Origin: Oceanispirochaeta sp.
GTDB taxonomy: Bacteria > Spirochaetota > Spirochaetia > DSM-2461
DNA length: 64,000 nt
Assembly (NCBI GenBank): GCA_963663385.2
Contig: CAXXXD010000004.1
Location: forward strand, 544,001 to 608,000
Direction of reading: 5' to 3'
Position 1 is the stretch's first letter. Every line of letters begins with the position of its first letter. A program made the translations under genes and the position numbers. Positions 48,870 through 57,633 of the stretch are shown one piece after another. Under the pieces are notes generated by a model. The model was not told where the DNA came from, searched no databases, and saw only the letters and a program-made list of their open reading frames with translations.

Positions 48870-50408
48870 TTACTTTCTGCCTGATCTGTTTTTAAATTCC
48901 GAAGGAGAACTCCCTGTGTATTTTTTAAAAAGCCGGGAAAAATAGTGCTGGCTGTTGCAGCCGACTTTATAGGATATCTCTTTTATGCTCAGCTGATCCT
49001 CTTCAATAAGTCTTATAGCTTCGTTGATCCGGTAGCGGGTCAGAATCTCCGGAAAACTGTGACCGGTTGATTTTTTGATTACCTTGCTCACATGAAACGT
49101 GGATAGCTTCAGGTACTCCGCCAGGTCTTCCAGACTGATGCTCTGGTGGTAGTTTTCCCTGATGAAATCTATGGCTTTCTGTACAACCGAATTCTGCCTT
49201 GATTCACCGGTACGGGATATAATAACTTTCATTTCCTCCAGATAATTCAGAAAAAGGTTTTTCCGGAGGGTGCGGTTATCCTTGTGATGAACGAAATCAT
49301 CCGGAGATATCACCGTTTCTTTCAATGTGAGGTAGGGGAGGCGATCCAGCAGCTTCTGCCGGATCTGTATCAGAATCTGAAAGGGAATCAGTTCCTTCTT
49401 CTGCTGTGTATCGTCTTCTATAAAGTACAGTTCCGAAAAAAGATGATCTGCCAGATCCCTGAAATCACTGTTCTGTTCAAGGAGTTTCTCCAGAAACAGA
49501 TCGGCAAAGGAATCTGTGGATATCCTGACAGGCTGGCGCCTTGTTCTGCTGTGAAAACAGATCCTCCGGTTTTTCCGGATGGCTTCGTTTAAAGCCGTCT
49601 GGGCCTCCAGGTAGCAGGTGTTCAATTCTTCAATCCTGCTGACCGGTGTTCCGGCTCCAATAATACAGGAACAGGACATACTTTCCATCAGATAGCTATG
49701 TACTGTTTTAACCAGATCCCTGTAATCCCGATCTTCCTTTTTTGCCAGAATGACAATTACGATTAGTCCGTGGACCAGATCCGACAGGTATTCAAGCTTC
49801 AGGTCCCGGAGTTTCAGGCGTATCCTGTTCAGGATGACCGGGCTGTCTCCTTCGCATTTGATAATCAGGATAAAGGATTCCTCCGGAGATAATCCAAGGG
49901 AGGAAAACCGGGCTTCCAGCCCTTTTTTATCAGCGCTGCCGGCAATCAGCTGAACAAGATCTCCCTTCAGAATCGGCTGCAGGTCTGTCAGCTGTTCCTT
50001 CAGCCGGCGTGCGGAGTCTACAGAATCCGATTCCCTGTCAATCTTGTCCATTACTTTTTCAATGGTTTGTCGGATTGTCGGTATATCGGAGGGCTTTATC
50101 AGAAAATCCTCCACCCCCAGGCGGATAGCCTGCTGGGCGTATTCAAACCGGTTATAGGAGGTAATAATTATGAATTTTGCCCGGACCCCCTGTTCCTGCA
50201 TCCTTTTGATAGTTTCCAGCCCGTCGATACCGGGCATGTTAATATCCATCAGGATAATATCCGGTATAAAATCCCTGAGTGATTCCAGTGCCTGAAATCC
50301 GTTTTCGGCGGTTCTTATATTATTCAACCGGGGTATATGCTTTCTCACAAGCAATGTTACAGCATCCCTTTCCAGAGGTTCATCTTCTACAATCAGGAGC
50401 CTGTACAT
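48870..50408 (-). CDS. YesN-type response regulator (receiver + AraC HTH)
   Basis: LIVEDE, LMDINMPGIDG, FEYAQQAI, YFSRLFKKYTGSSPSEF. Confidence 0.92.
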   Translation of the reverse strand: MYRLLIVEDEPLERDAVTLLVRKHIPRLNNIRTAENGFQALESLRDFIPDIILMDINMPGIDGLETIKRMQEQGVRAKFIIITSYNRFEYAQQAIRLGVEDFLIKPSDIPTIRQTIEKVMDKIDRESDSVDSARRLKEQLTDLQPILKGDLVQLIAGSADKKGLEARFSSLGLSPEESFILIIKCEGDSPVILNRIRLKLRDLKLEYLSDLVHGLIVIVILAKKEDRDYRDLVKTVHSYLMESMSCSCIIGAGTPVSRIEELNTCYLEAQTALNEAIRKNRRICFHSRTRRQPVRISTDSFADLFLEKLLEQNSDFRDLADHLFSELYFIEDDTQQKKELIPFQILIQIRQKLLDRLPYLTLKETVISPDDFVHHKDNRTLRKNLFLNYLEEMKVIISRTGESRQNSVVQKAIDFIRENYHQSISLEDLAEYLKLSTFHVSKVIKKSTGHSFPEILTRYRINEAIRLIEEDQLSIKEISYKVGCNSQHYFSRLFKKYTGSSPSEFKNRSGRK

Positions 50409-50409
50409 A

Positions 50410-51867
50410 TCAGTTTAAACCCTTTTGATCCCGGGGGAGCTGAAGGGTTATGCGGGTCCCGTCTCCGACTGTGCTTTCCATATGCAGTGTATAGGTATTC
50501 TTGAAATAGAGCTGCAGCCGTTCCCTTACATTGCTGATTCCTATACTGTCGGAGGGGAACTCATCTCCCCTGTTTATACGAATCAGCTGTTCTTCTTCTA
50601 TCCCTCTGCCATTATCTTCAATAATAATATCGAGGGTCTTTTGAGATTCTCTAACGGTAAGACTGATGACCGCATCCTCAATCTTATCCTTTATCCCATG
50701 GACAAAGCAGTTCTCCAGAAGGGGCTGCAGGATCATCCCCGGGAGCTTTATTTCGGGGATAGTCTCAGGGATATCCAGGGAGAGTCTGACCCTTTTGCCA
50801 ATCCGCCGCTGCTGAATTTCAAAATAGTAGCGTATGCACTGAAGTTCCTGTTCGAGGGTTGCTGTTCTTGTACTCATATCAAGACTGTAGCGCAAGAGTT
50901 CCGCCGTGCTGACCATCAGGCCGCTGGTCCGTTCCGCTCCCTCCAGGTAGGCCTGTTTGGATATCATGCTGAGTGTATTAAACAGAAAGTGGGGATTCAT
51001 CTGTCCCTGAAGGGCATTGAGGCGGGTTTCCGTCAGGAGTTTTGTTATTTTCAGATTTTCGTTTTCCTGTTCGATAAGCTGCTTTTCGATGATGGACTTT
51101 TCCTGAATCATTTCGATCTGATTCCGGATTTTATGTGCCATCTCATCAAAGGCATTCAACAGAATCCTGATTTCCATACTGTCGCTTTCTATGCTCTTAA
51201 TCTGAAATGTTCCTCCCTTGATTCTGTTTATATTGCTTATCAGTTTGTCTATAGGGCGGGTAATTCCTCTGATGGAGGCTATCGAGAAGGCGAGGGCAAA
51301 GAGAAAAAGGAATATAAAAATAAATACCGTAAGGGACATCCTGGTTTTCCAGGACTTCAGAATAAGGTCTTTTTCCCTGTTCATTTCGGATGTTATCAGT
51401 TTGGCGTAGGCCGGATAGGTTTCGTCTATGAGGAACCTGAGACGGTCAAAAGAGTCGTACTCCTTCTGGGCATTGTAGGCGGGATACTGTTCCAGAAGAA
51501 GCTGCATTTTTTCATGATATGTTTCCAGCATATTGCCAAGCAGGCCGAACCGAAAAGACAGGTCTCCCCTCCCCAGGGCTTTCAACTCCCGGATAGTCTC
51601 TCCCGCCTTCCCGTAGTACTCCAGAGACGCATCCCACTCTTCCCGGTTTTCCGTATAGATAAAATTTTTCAGATGGACATTCATAATCTCCACCTGATCA
51701 TAATAACGGGAAAGGTTGTCATAGAGGGTGAAGGTTTTTTTATACCTGCGCCAGGTGTCATAACTCTGCAGATTGCTGAAAAGAACAACACTGAACAGCA
51801 GGATGAATATGAGAGTAATAAAACGGATAAACCGTGCTTTTATGGTTCCGCCAGGCTTTAACTGCAT
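50410..51867 (-). CDS. YesM/LytS-type sensor histidine kinase
   Basis: LQGQMNPHFLFNTL, LQPLLEN, EDNGRG, IGISNVRERL. Confidence 0.92.
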   Translation of the reverse strand: MQLKPGGTIKARFIRFITLIFILLFSVVLFSNLQSYDTWRRYKKTFTLYDNLSRYYDQVEIMNVHLKNFIYTENREEWDASLEYYGKAGETIRELKALGRGDLSFRFGLLGNMLETYHEKMQLLLEQYPAYNAQKEYDSFDRLRFLIDETYPAYAKLITSEMNREKDLILKSWKTRMSLTVFIFIFLFLFALAFSIASIRGITRPIDKLISNINRIKGGTFQIKSIESDSMEIRILLNAFDEMAHKIRNQIEMIQEKSIIEKQLIEQENENLKITKLLTETRLNALQGQMNPHFLFNTLSMISKQAYLEGAERTSGLMVSTAELLRYSLDMSTRTATLEQELQCIRYYFEIQQRRIGKRVRLSLDIPETIPEIKLPGMILQPLLENCFVHGIKDKIEDAVISLTVRESQKTLDIIIEDNGRGIEEEQLIRINRGDEFPSDSIGISNVRERLQLYFKNTYTLHMESTVGDGTRITLQLPRDQKGLN

Positions 51868-51875
51868 AAAACTTA

Positions 51876-52916
51876 TTATAGTCCGGCAGCAGGATAGGTC
51901 CGCACTGTTTCTACAAAAGTTTCAATATTTTTCCGGGGAACACCCGCCGGAAGGGCACATCCCGCGCCGATAACCAGACCTTCCCCTTTAAACAGTTCCA
52001 GAACTTCACCGGTTTCTTTCCGCATTCTCTCGGGTGTACCGAAATAAAATGTTCCCGAGGGATCAATCGGACCGAACATAATAACTGACTTTCCTCTGAG
52101 TATCTCTGCCGCTCTGGGTATATCCGTTTTATAATCCACTTCGATAGCAGGGAACCCGGCATCCGCCACGTCTTCCAGTATCATGTCCAGGTTACCGCAG
52201 ATATGACAGATACTCTGGATGGATTCCGCTTTCAATGTCGCCGCCATCTTCCTGTGCCAGGGAAGGGAAAACTCCCTGTACATATCGGGACCTATCAGAT
52301 CCGGACCGCAGGAACTGTCTCCGAAACTGGTTATATCCGCTCCCGCTTCCATTATCATCCTGTGAAAGGCAAGGTGGACCTCCATGGCCCTGTCGATCAG
52401 AAGCTTTGTTTTTTCCACGGTTGAATCATCCAGCAGGCTCATCATAAAGTCGCCGATACCGACGGCCAGCATGGCCAGGGAAAAGGGCCCCTGGTCGGCA
52501 TTCCCGCGGATAAGCAGATCCCCTTTCACTTCCCGGCTGATCCGGTGAATCCCCTCAAGCATGATCTTTATGCGGTCATATTTTTTCAGGCAGTCCGGAT
52601 CCATGGCATCCAGACAGGCATCCAGCCCACCCTCCATACCGTGGGTTACCCGGGCCGGTTCATTTTCGGGAAGATCCACGTATACGCCGATGGCACCCGC
52701 TTCCATACAGGTATCAATGTCGATTAATACTCCATCCATGCCGTACTTCCGGGCAAAGTCCACATGGGTCCGGCAGATCTTTTCCGGATCACGCCGGTAC
52801 TCACCCTGTGTGTAACCCTTCTCCTCCGCTGCGGACATAAAGTTGTGCAGCATTATGGGAACCGGAGAAACTGTTTCTCCTTTCAGGGTCTTCATTATTC
52901 TATCGTATCCGGTCAT
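51876..52916 (-). CDS. Uroporphyrinogen decarboxylase superfamily protein (MtaA/CmuA-like corrinoid methyltransferase type)
   Basis: EAGAIG, QGPFSLA, YREFSLP, Zn-site HICG and GAGCALP. Confidence 0.8.
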   Translation of the reverse strand: MTGYDRIMKTLKGETVSPVPIMLHNFMSAAEEKGYTQGEYRRDPEKICRTHVDFARKYGMDGVLIDIDTCMEAGAIGVYVDLPENEPARVTHGMEGGLDACLDAMDPDCLKKYDRIKIMLEGIHRISREVKGDLLIRGNADQGPFSLAMLAVGIGDFMMSLLDDSTVEKTKLLIDRAMEVHLAFHRMIMEAGADITSFGDSSCGPDLIGPDMYREFSLPWHRKMAATLKAESIQSICHICGNLDMILEDVADAGFPAIEVDYKTDIPRAAEILRGKSVIMFGPIDPSGTFYFGTPERMRKETGEVLELFKGEGLVIGAGCALPAGVPRKNIETFVETVRTYPAAGL

Positions 52917-52949
52917 TCAATCTCCTTGTCTGATTATCAAGTACAGTTA

Positions 52950-53066
52950 CCCCTCTCCCGAGGAGAGGGGATTAAGGGGTGAGGTCGGGTCTTTAAACCC
53001 TCTCCCAGAGGGAGAGGAGATTATTAAGGCCCTCTCCTGTATCCTCTCCCAGAGGGAGAGGAGATT
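52950..53066. repeat. Cluster of three CCTCTCCC-N3-GGGAGAGG-type hairpins (boxC-like intergenic repeats)
   Basis: Hairpins at 52950-52970, 52999-53017 and 53043-53061; 24-mer CCTCTCCCAGAGGGAGAGGAGATT is identical at 52999 and 53043. Confidence 0.8.
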
Positions 53067-53070
53067 CATA

Positions 53071-54039
53071 TTAAAGGTCTTTTTTTACTTTGAGCTGTGC
53101 TCCGTAGGAATCAACATTCTCTTTGTTGATCATTATGGTTCCGGCATCATTGTTGATTCTGGCAGGTTTTTTTCCCTCCGTAACATTCTGATAGAGCCAG
53201 TAGGTGGCCTGGTATCCGTAATTGAAAAACGAGGTGGCAACCGTACCATCCAGTTCCCCGCTTCTGACCAGGTCCAGAGTCTCTTCGATATCATCCACAC
53301 CATAGATCAGCAGGCTGTCCTTATTTCCCATATCCCGGGCGACAGAGGCACAGGCAGGTCCTGCCTCGGCGGCCAGGTTGATGGCAACGTTTATTTCCGG
53401 ATAGGCTTTCAGGGTGTTCTCCCACTCGGTTGTTGCTTTCATCCGGTCTGATTTGGATTCGGATATATTTACGACCTGGAAATTCCCGCCGTAGTTGCCG
53501 AATACATTCCTGATCGCTTCGATCTGGTCTACGGCGATCTGATAATTCAGTGCCGCCACCTGGATGGAAACATTCAGATCCGAGTTGTTTCCATAGTGGG
53601 CTACCACGTCGTCGTAAATGGCTTTGGCCTGTACATTCACATCTTTTCCAAAGTAGGCAAGCTGTCCCTGAAGGTCAATGGGAGAATCCACGACCAGTAC
53701 GGGAATCCCCGCGTCAATCGCCGCCTGAACAGGCGCTGCGGGAACAAGTCCCTGTGTAATAATGGCATCCACTTTCTGGGCAATGGCTGTTTCAACCAGT
53801 TTGGCCATCTCTTCGGGGGATACGCCCTGAGGTCCTACCCAGTCGCCCTTGATTCCCAGCTCGGAAACAGCCTGATCAAATCCGTCTTTGGCAATCAGCC
53901 ATACGGGATGGGCCAGAAGGGGAGACACGTAGACGAAGTGAAGCTGGTCGTCATCCGCAGAAGTGTCCTGCTGTCCCGCCGCGCTCAGGCCGGACAGGGT
54001 CAGGGTAACCAACAATAGAAGCATTAACAGTTTTTTCAT
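53071..54039 (-). CDS. Sugar ABC transporter substrate-binding protein (RbsB-like)
   Basis: Signal peptide MKKLLMLLLL..AAGQQD; HPVW, AIAQKVDAII, GIPVLVVDS, YGVDD. Confidence 0.9.
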   Translation of the reverse strand: MKKLLMLLLLVTLTLSGLSAAGQQDTSADDDQLHFVYVSPLLAHPVWLIAKDGFDQAVSELGIKGDWVGPQGVSPEEMAKLVETAIAQKVDAIITQGLVPAAPVQAAIDAGIPVLVVDSPIDLQGQLAYFGKDVNVQAKAIYDDVVAHYGNNSDLNVSIQVAALNYQIAVDQIEAIRNVFGNYGGNFQVVNISESKSDRMKATTEWENTLKAYPEINVAINLAAEAGPACASVARDMGNKDSLLIYGVDDIEETLDLVRSGELDGTVATSFFNYGYQATYWLYQNVTEGKKPARINNDAGTIMINKENVDSYGAQLKVKKDL

Positions 54040-54107
54040 AAGAAAACCTCTCTTTATATTTAGCATGCTTCCGGTAAATCCGGAAGATTCATGCCGGTTT
54101 ACAGTAT

Positions 54108-55631
54108 TTATGTATTGGAAGATGAGCGGAGTATGGCTACTTCGGAGGCATCTTCCCTGCTCAGCTCCGTCTGGACTTTTCCATGCCCCAGGACCACAAA
54201 CCGGTCGCATATGGCCAGGAGTTCGGATATTTCCGAGGAGATCACGATGATCGAAACCCCGCTTCTGGCCAGATCATTGATAATTCTGTAAATCTCCGAT
54301 TTGGATCCCACATCTATTCCCCTGGTAGGCTCGTCCAGCATCAGGATTTTCAGATCTGTCAGGAGCCACTTGGAAAGGATGACCTTCTGCTGGTTACCAC
54401 CGGAAAGGTTGGAAATCAGCGTATCCAGGTTCGGGGCTTTTACGCTCAGTTCCTTAAAAAAGCGGTTTGCTTTTTCCTCCTCTTTCTTTCTGTCGATCAG
54501 GAAAATCCTTTTTATCTTTTCCAGAATGGTCAGGGTCATATTGTGGCGGATGCTCATGGTTCCGATAAAACCGTTCTTCTTCCGGTCTTCCGTAAGAAGG
54601 CCGATCCCGTTCTTCATGGCGTCCTTCGTACTGTCAATGGAAACTTCCTTTCCGTCGATCAGGATCTTTCCGCCTGTTTTGGGGATGCTGCCGAAAATAG
54701 CATTGATGGTTTCAGACCGCCCGGAGCCGACCAGACCGCAGAGTCCCAGGATTTCCCCTCTGTGCAGATTGAAGCTTACGTCTTCTATAATGTTTTTTCC
54801 GTAGGCCGAGGTGTGGGGAACTTTAAGGTTCTCGACGCGCAGGATCTCCCCGCCGATGCTCTTTTCCACGGTCGGGTACATGACATCCAGTTTCCGGCCT
54901 ATCATGTCCTCAATGACCTGATGGCTCTGATAGCCGTTCTCTTTTCTGTACTGGCTGATATAGCAGCCGTCCCGGAGTATAACCAGACGGTCGCAGATCT
55001 TATACACTTCATCCAGTTTATGGGAGATATAGATACAGGCGATCCCCTGATTTTTCAGGTTGCGAATAATCTCCATCAGGTTGTCTGTTTCCGAGGCTGT
55101 CAGAACCGATGTGGGTTCATCCAGGATCAGGATGGAGGGATTTCGAACCAGAGCCCGGGCAATACAGATCAGCTGCTGAAGGGAGGGACTCAGGTTTCTG
55201 ACAGAGGCTTTCATATCCAGAGTCATATTCAGTCTGCCCAGGGCTTCGGAAGCCGTCTGTTCCGCTGCTTTCCAGTCTATAAGACCTGTCTTTTTAAGAG
55301 GGAGCCGTCCCAGGCAGATGTTTTCTGTTACCGACAGATCCAGTTCCAGGTTCAGCTCCTGGTAGATCATGGCGATGCCCTTGTTCTCGGAGTCCACGGG
55401 GGAGTCGAAACGGACTTCCTCTCCGTACAGATAGATGGCACCTTCTGTTTCCGATGAGGGGTAGAGTCCGGACAGGATTTTCATGAGAGTGGATTTTCCG
55501 GCCCCGTTCTCTCCCATAATCCCCAGGACTTCCCCTTCGCAGAGCTTCAGGGAAACCTTTTTCAAAGCGGTTGTTCCCAGAAAGCGTTTGGTTATATTTT
55601 CAACTGTCAGTACACTCTGTTCAGCTGTCAT
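54108..55631 (-). CDS. Sugar ABC transporter ATP-binding protein (RbsA/XylG-like, two domains)
   Basis: GENGAGKST, LDEPT, GLVGSGRSE, LSGGNQQK, LDEPTRGIDVG. Confidence 0.93.
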   Translation of the reverse strand: MTAEQSVLTVENITKRFLGTTALKKVSLKLCEGEVLGIMGENGAGKSTLMKILSGLYPSSETEGAIYLYGEEVRFDSPVDSENKGIAMIYQELNLELDLSVTENICLGRLPLKKTGLIDWKAAEQTASEALGRLNMTLDMKASVRNLSPSLQQLICIARALVRNPSILILDEPTSVLTASETDNLMEIIRNLKNQGIACIYISHKLDEVYKICDRLVILRDGCYISQYRKENGYQSHQVIEDMIGRKLDVMYPTVEKSIGGEILRVENLKVPHTSAYGKNIIEDVSFNLHRGEILGLCGLVGSGRSETINAIFGSIPKTGGKILIDGKEVSIDSTKDAMKNGIGLLTEDRKKNGFIGTMSIRHNMTLTILEKIKRIFLIDRKKEEEKANRFFKELSVKAPNLDTLISNLSGGNQQKVILSKWLLTDLKILMLDEPTRGIDVGSKSEIYRIINDLARSGVSIIVISSEISELLAICDRFVVLGHGKVQTELSREDASEVAILRSSSNT

Positions 55632-56679
55632 AAGCGACCTTCCCGGATCCGGTTTCATCGATGGGTTCTGACTGGCGGGAGCTCCCCCTGATGGAACGCT
55701 TCAGCATCATATTCCTTTTGTACTGGTCCAGCATAACCGCCAGGATCAGGATGGTTCCGACCACAAGCTGCTGCCAGTAGACGGAAATGCGCATCAGGGT
55801 GAGGGAGTTGGTGAGGACTTCCATAAAAAGCCCCCCCAGTATGGCTCCCAGAATGGTTCCCGTTCCGCCCAGAACGGATGTTCCGCCGATAATGGAACCG
55901 CATATGACGGTCAGCTCATAACCTGTTCCGGCCGCCGCTTCTCCCGATCCCAGACGGGCCGCCATGAATACTCCCGCAAGGCCTGCCAGGGAAGATGTAA
56001 TCAGGTAAACATGGAACTTGGTCCTGTGGGTATTGATCCCCGATATCCGGGCCGCTTCCTCATTCCCCCCCAGGGCGTAAACGGAACGGCCGAAAGGGGT
56101 ATGGGTCAGGACAATATGGAAAACGAAGGCGATGGACAGGGCTACCACAACGACTGTCGGGACAACTCCGAAAAGCTTTACCTGTTCAATGGCTGTAAAA
56201 GACTTGGGCAGGGGGTATACGGGAACCCCTTTTGTAATGACCGATACAAGTCCTCTGGCCGCATACTGCATCCCCAGTGTTACAATCAGGGGAGGGATGC
56301 CAAGGCGAACGATTATAAGACCATTGATGCTTCCTATCAGGCTTCCTACCAGAACCCCGGACAGAATGGCCAGGGGAACGGGCAGGCCCGCCTGGGCGAC
56401 CATGCCGGAAACCACACCGCCCAGAGCAAGCACAGAGCCGACGGAAAGATCCAGTCCTGCGGTTATCAGAATCAGGGTCATCCCTGTGATACTGATAAGG
56501 GCAAAGCCGGATGAACGGAAGATGTTAAAGATGTTTCCGCTGGAAATAAAGGTGCTGTTTATGAATGAAACAAACAGAATGTAAACCGCCAGGGCCAGGA
56601 TGATACTGCTCTCCTGTCTGTGCATGAAATTGCTGATTGTGTGGGTCGATAACAATCTGGGTTTGTTGTTACTGTTCAA
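55621..56679 (-). CDS. Sugar ABC transporter permease (RbsC-like)
   Basis: TTG start after AGGAGG; GLDLSVGS, PPLIVTLG, YALGGNEEAARISGI, IGGTS..GG.G. Confidence 0.92.
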   Translation of the reverse strand: MNSNNKPRLLSTHTISNFMHRQESSIILALAVYILFVSFINSTFISSGNIFNIFRSSGFALISITGMTLILITAGLDLSVGSVLALGGVVSGMVAQAGLPVPLAILSGVLVGSLIGSINGLIIVRLGIPPLIVTLGMQYAARGLVSVITKGVPVYPLPKSFTAIEQVKLFGVVPTVVVVALSIAFVFHIVLTHTPFGRSVYALGGNEEAARISGINTHRTKFHVYLITSSLAGLAGVFMAARLGSGEAAAGTGYELTVICGSIIGGTSVLGGTGTILGAILGGLFMEVLTNSLTLMRISVYWQQLVVGTILILAVMLDQYKRNMMLKRSIRGSSRQSEPIDETGSGKVAYDS

Positions 56680-56830
56680 CTGTTTTCCTCCTGAACTTTT
56701 TGTCATGAGGAAATGGTAGACCCGTTTTTTTAATTATTGGGGCGGGTTCTTGTCTAATAAATTGTCATTTTTTGTACTCTTTTGCTGTTTTTGCGAAAAC
56801 TGTCTGTGAAAAGCGATTAATGGCAGGGGG

Positions 56831-57538
56831 TCAGGTAGACTTTTTAAACCATGGTTCGTCTTTATATAGTTTGTATTTGCATGCTTCGCACAAGCTATGA
56901 GAGAATTCCGCCTCCGAATGGGTTTCAATATACTGTTCTATTTCAACCCATTCTTCATTTTCATCTCTGATTTTTTTGCAGTTGGCGCAAATCCGTAAAA
57001 GACCTTTCAGTTGCTTATATTCTTTTATAAAGTCGACAAGTCTTTTGTTCTCTTCACCAAGGGCCTGGTCCATATACAGTATTTTCAGGTCATTTTCGAT
57101 AAGCTCCCTGAAGTTGTACATAATCTTGATAAAAAGGTCGGAGTAGTGGTTCTCTGTATTATCCAGCACACAAATGGTTCCGAATGGTGTTTCATCGGGG
57201 TTTAATATGGGCAATCCGAGGTAGGAAACCATGTGTAATTTTACATCGGGATTGTTTTTCCAGTGTTTATCTGTCAAGGCATTTGGAATATGAAGTTTCC
57301 TATTTGTTTTTATTACTGTTTCACAATAGAGTCCCGAGTTTGCAAATACTTCCCGGTCTCCTTTTTTATAGGGATTCCCGTCTGTTCTGCTGGAGACAAA
57401 GACCTCAATATTCTCATTCACAAGCCTCATAATCAATCCGGCCGGTACGTTGATTAATTGCGCCACCGTATCGACAATACCCTGCCACTTTTCAACAAAG
57501 GAAGCAGGTATTATCAAATCCATTTTTTCTTCTGCCAT
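56831..57538 (-). CDS. GAF-domain protein with a C-terminal Cys-rich (CxxC...CxxC) domain
   Basis: LYCETVI, NPD, SYLGLPI..PD..PFGTICVLD; ICANCKKIRD...FSHSLCEAC. Confidence 0.82.
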   Translation of the reverse strand: MAEEKMDLIIPASFVEKWQGIVDTVAQLINVPAGLIMRLVNENIEVFVSSRTDGNPYKKGDREVFANSGLYCETVIKTNRKLHIPNALTDKHWKNNPDVKLHMVSYLGLPILNPDETPFGTICVLDNTENHYSDLFIKIMYNFRELIENDLKILYMDQALGEENKRLVDFIKEYKQLKGLLRICANCKKIRDENEEWVEIEQYIETHSEAEFSHSLCEACKYKLYKDEPWFKKST

Positions 57539-57633
57539 AACTCCTCCGGTTCTATGGGGTATTATAAACTATAATACAGAATCGGAGGCTTTTTCTCAGT
57601 GAAAGGCTGCTGCCGGGATTAACTTCGGGATTA

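Noticed and set aside
50425..51861. Long antisense ORFs (also 35738..37012, 54183..55457, 57703..58710, 1696..2637)
   Set aside because: They shadow well-supported genes on the opposite strand and have no motifs.
52843..53451. ORFs spanning intergenic hairpins (52843..53451 and 22167..22589)
   Set aside because: They overlap real opposite-strand genes and merely read through the repeats.
56745..56800. Roughly 10-bp-phased CAAAA repeats upstream of the sugar ABC operon as a YesN binding site
   Set aside because: Plausible but too low-complexity to separate from ordinary A-tract promoter DNA.
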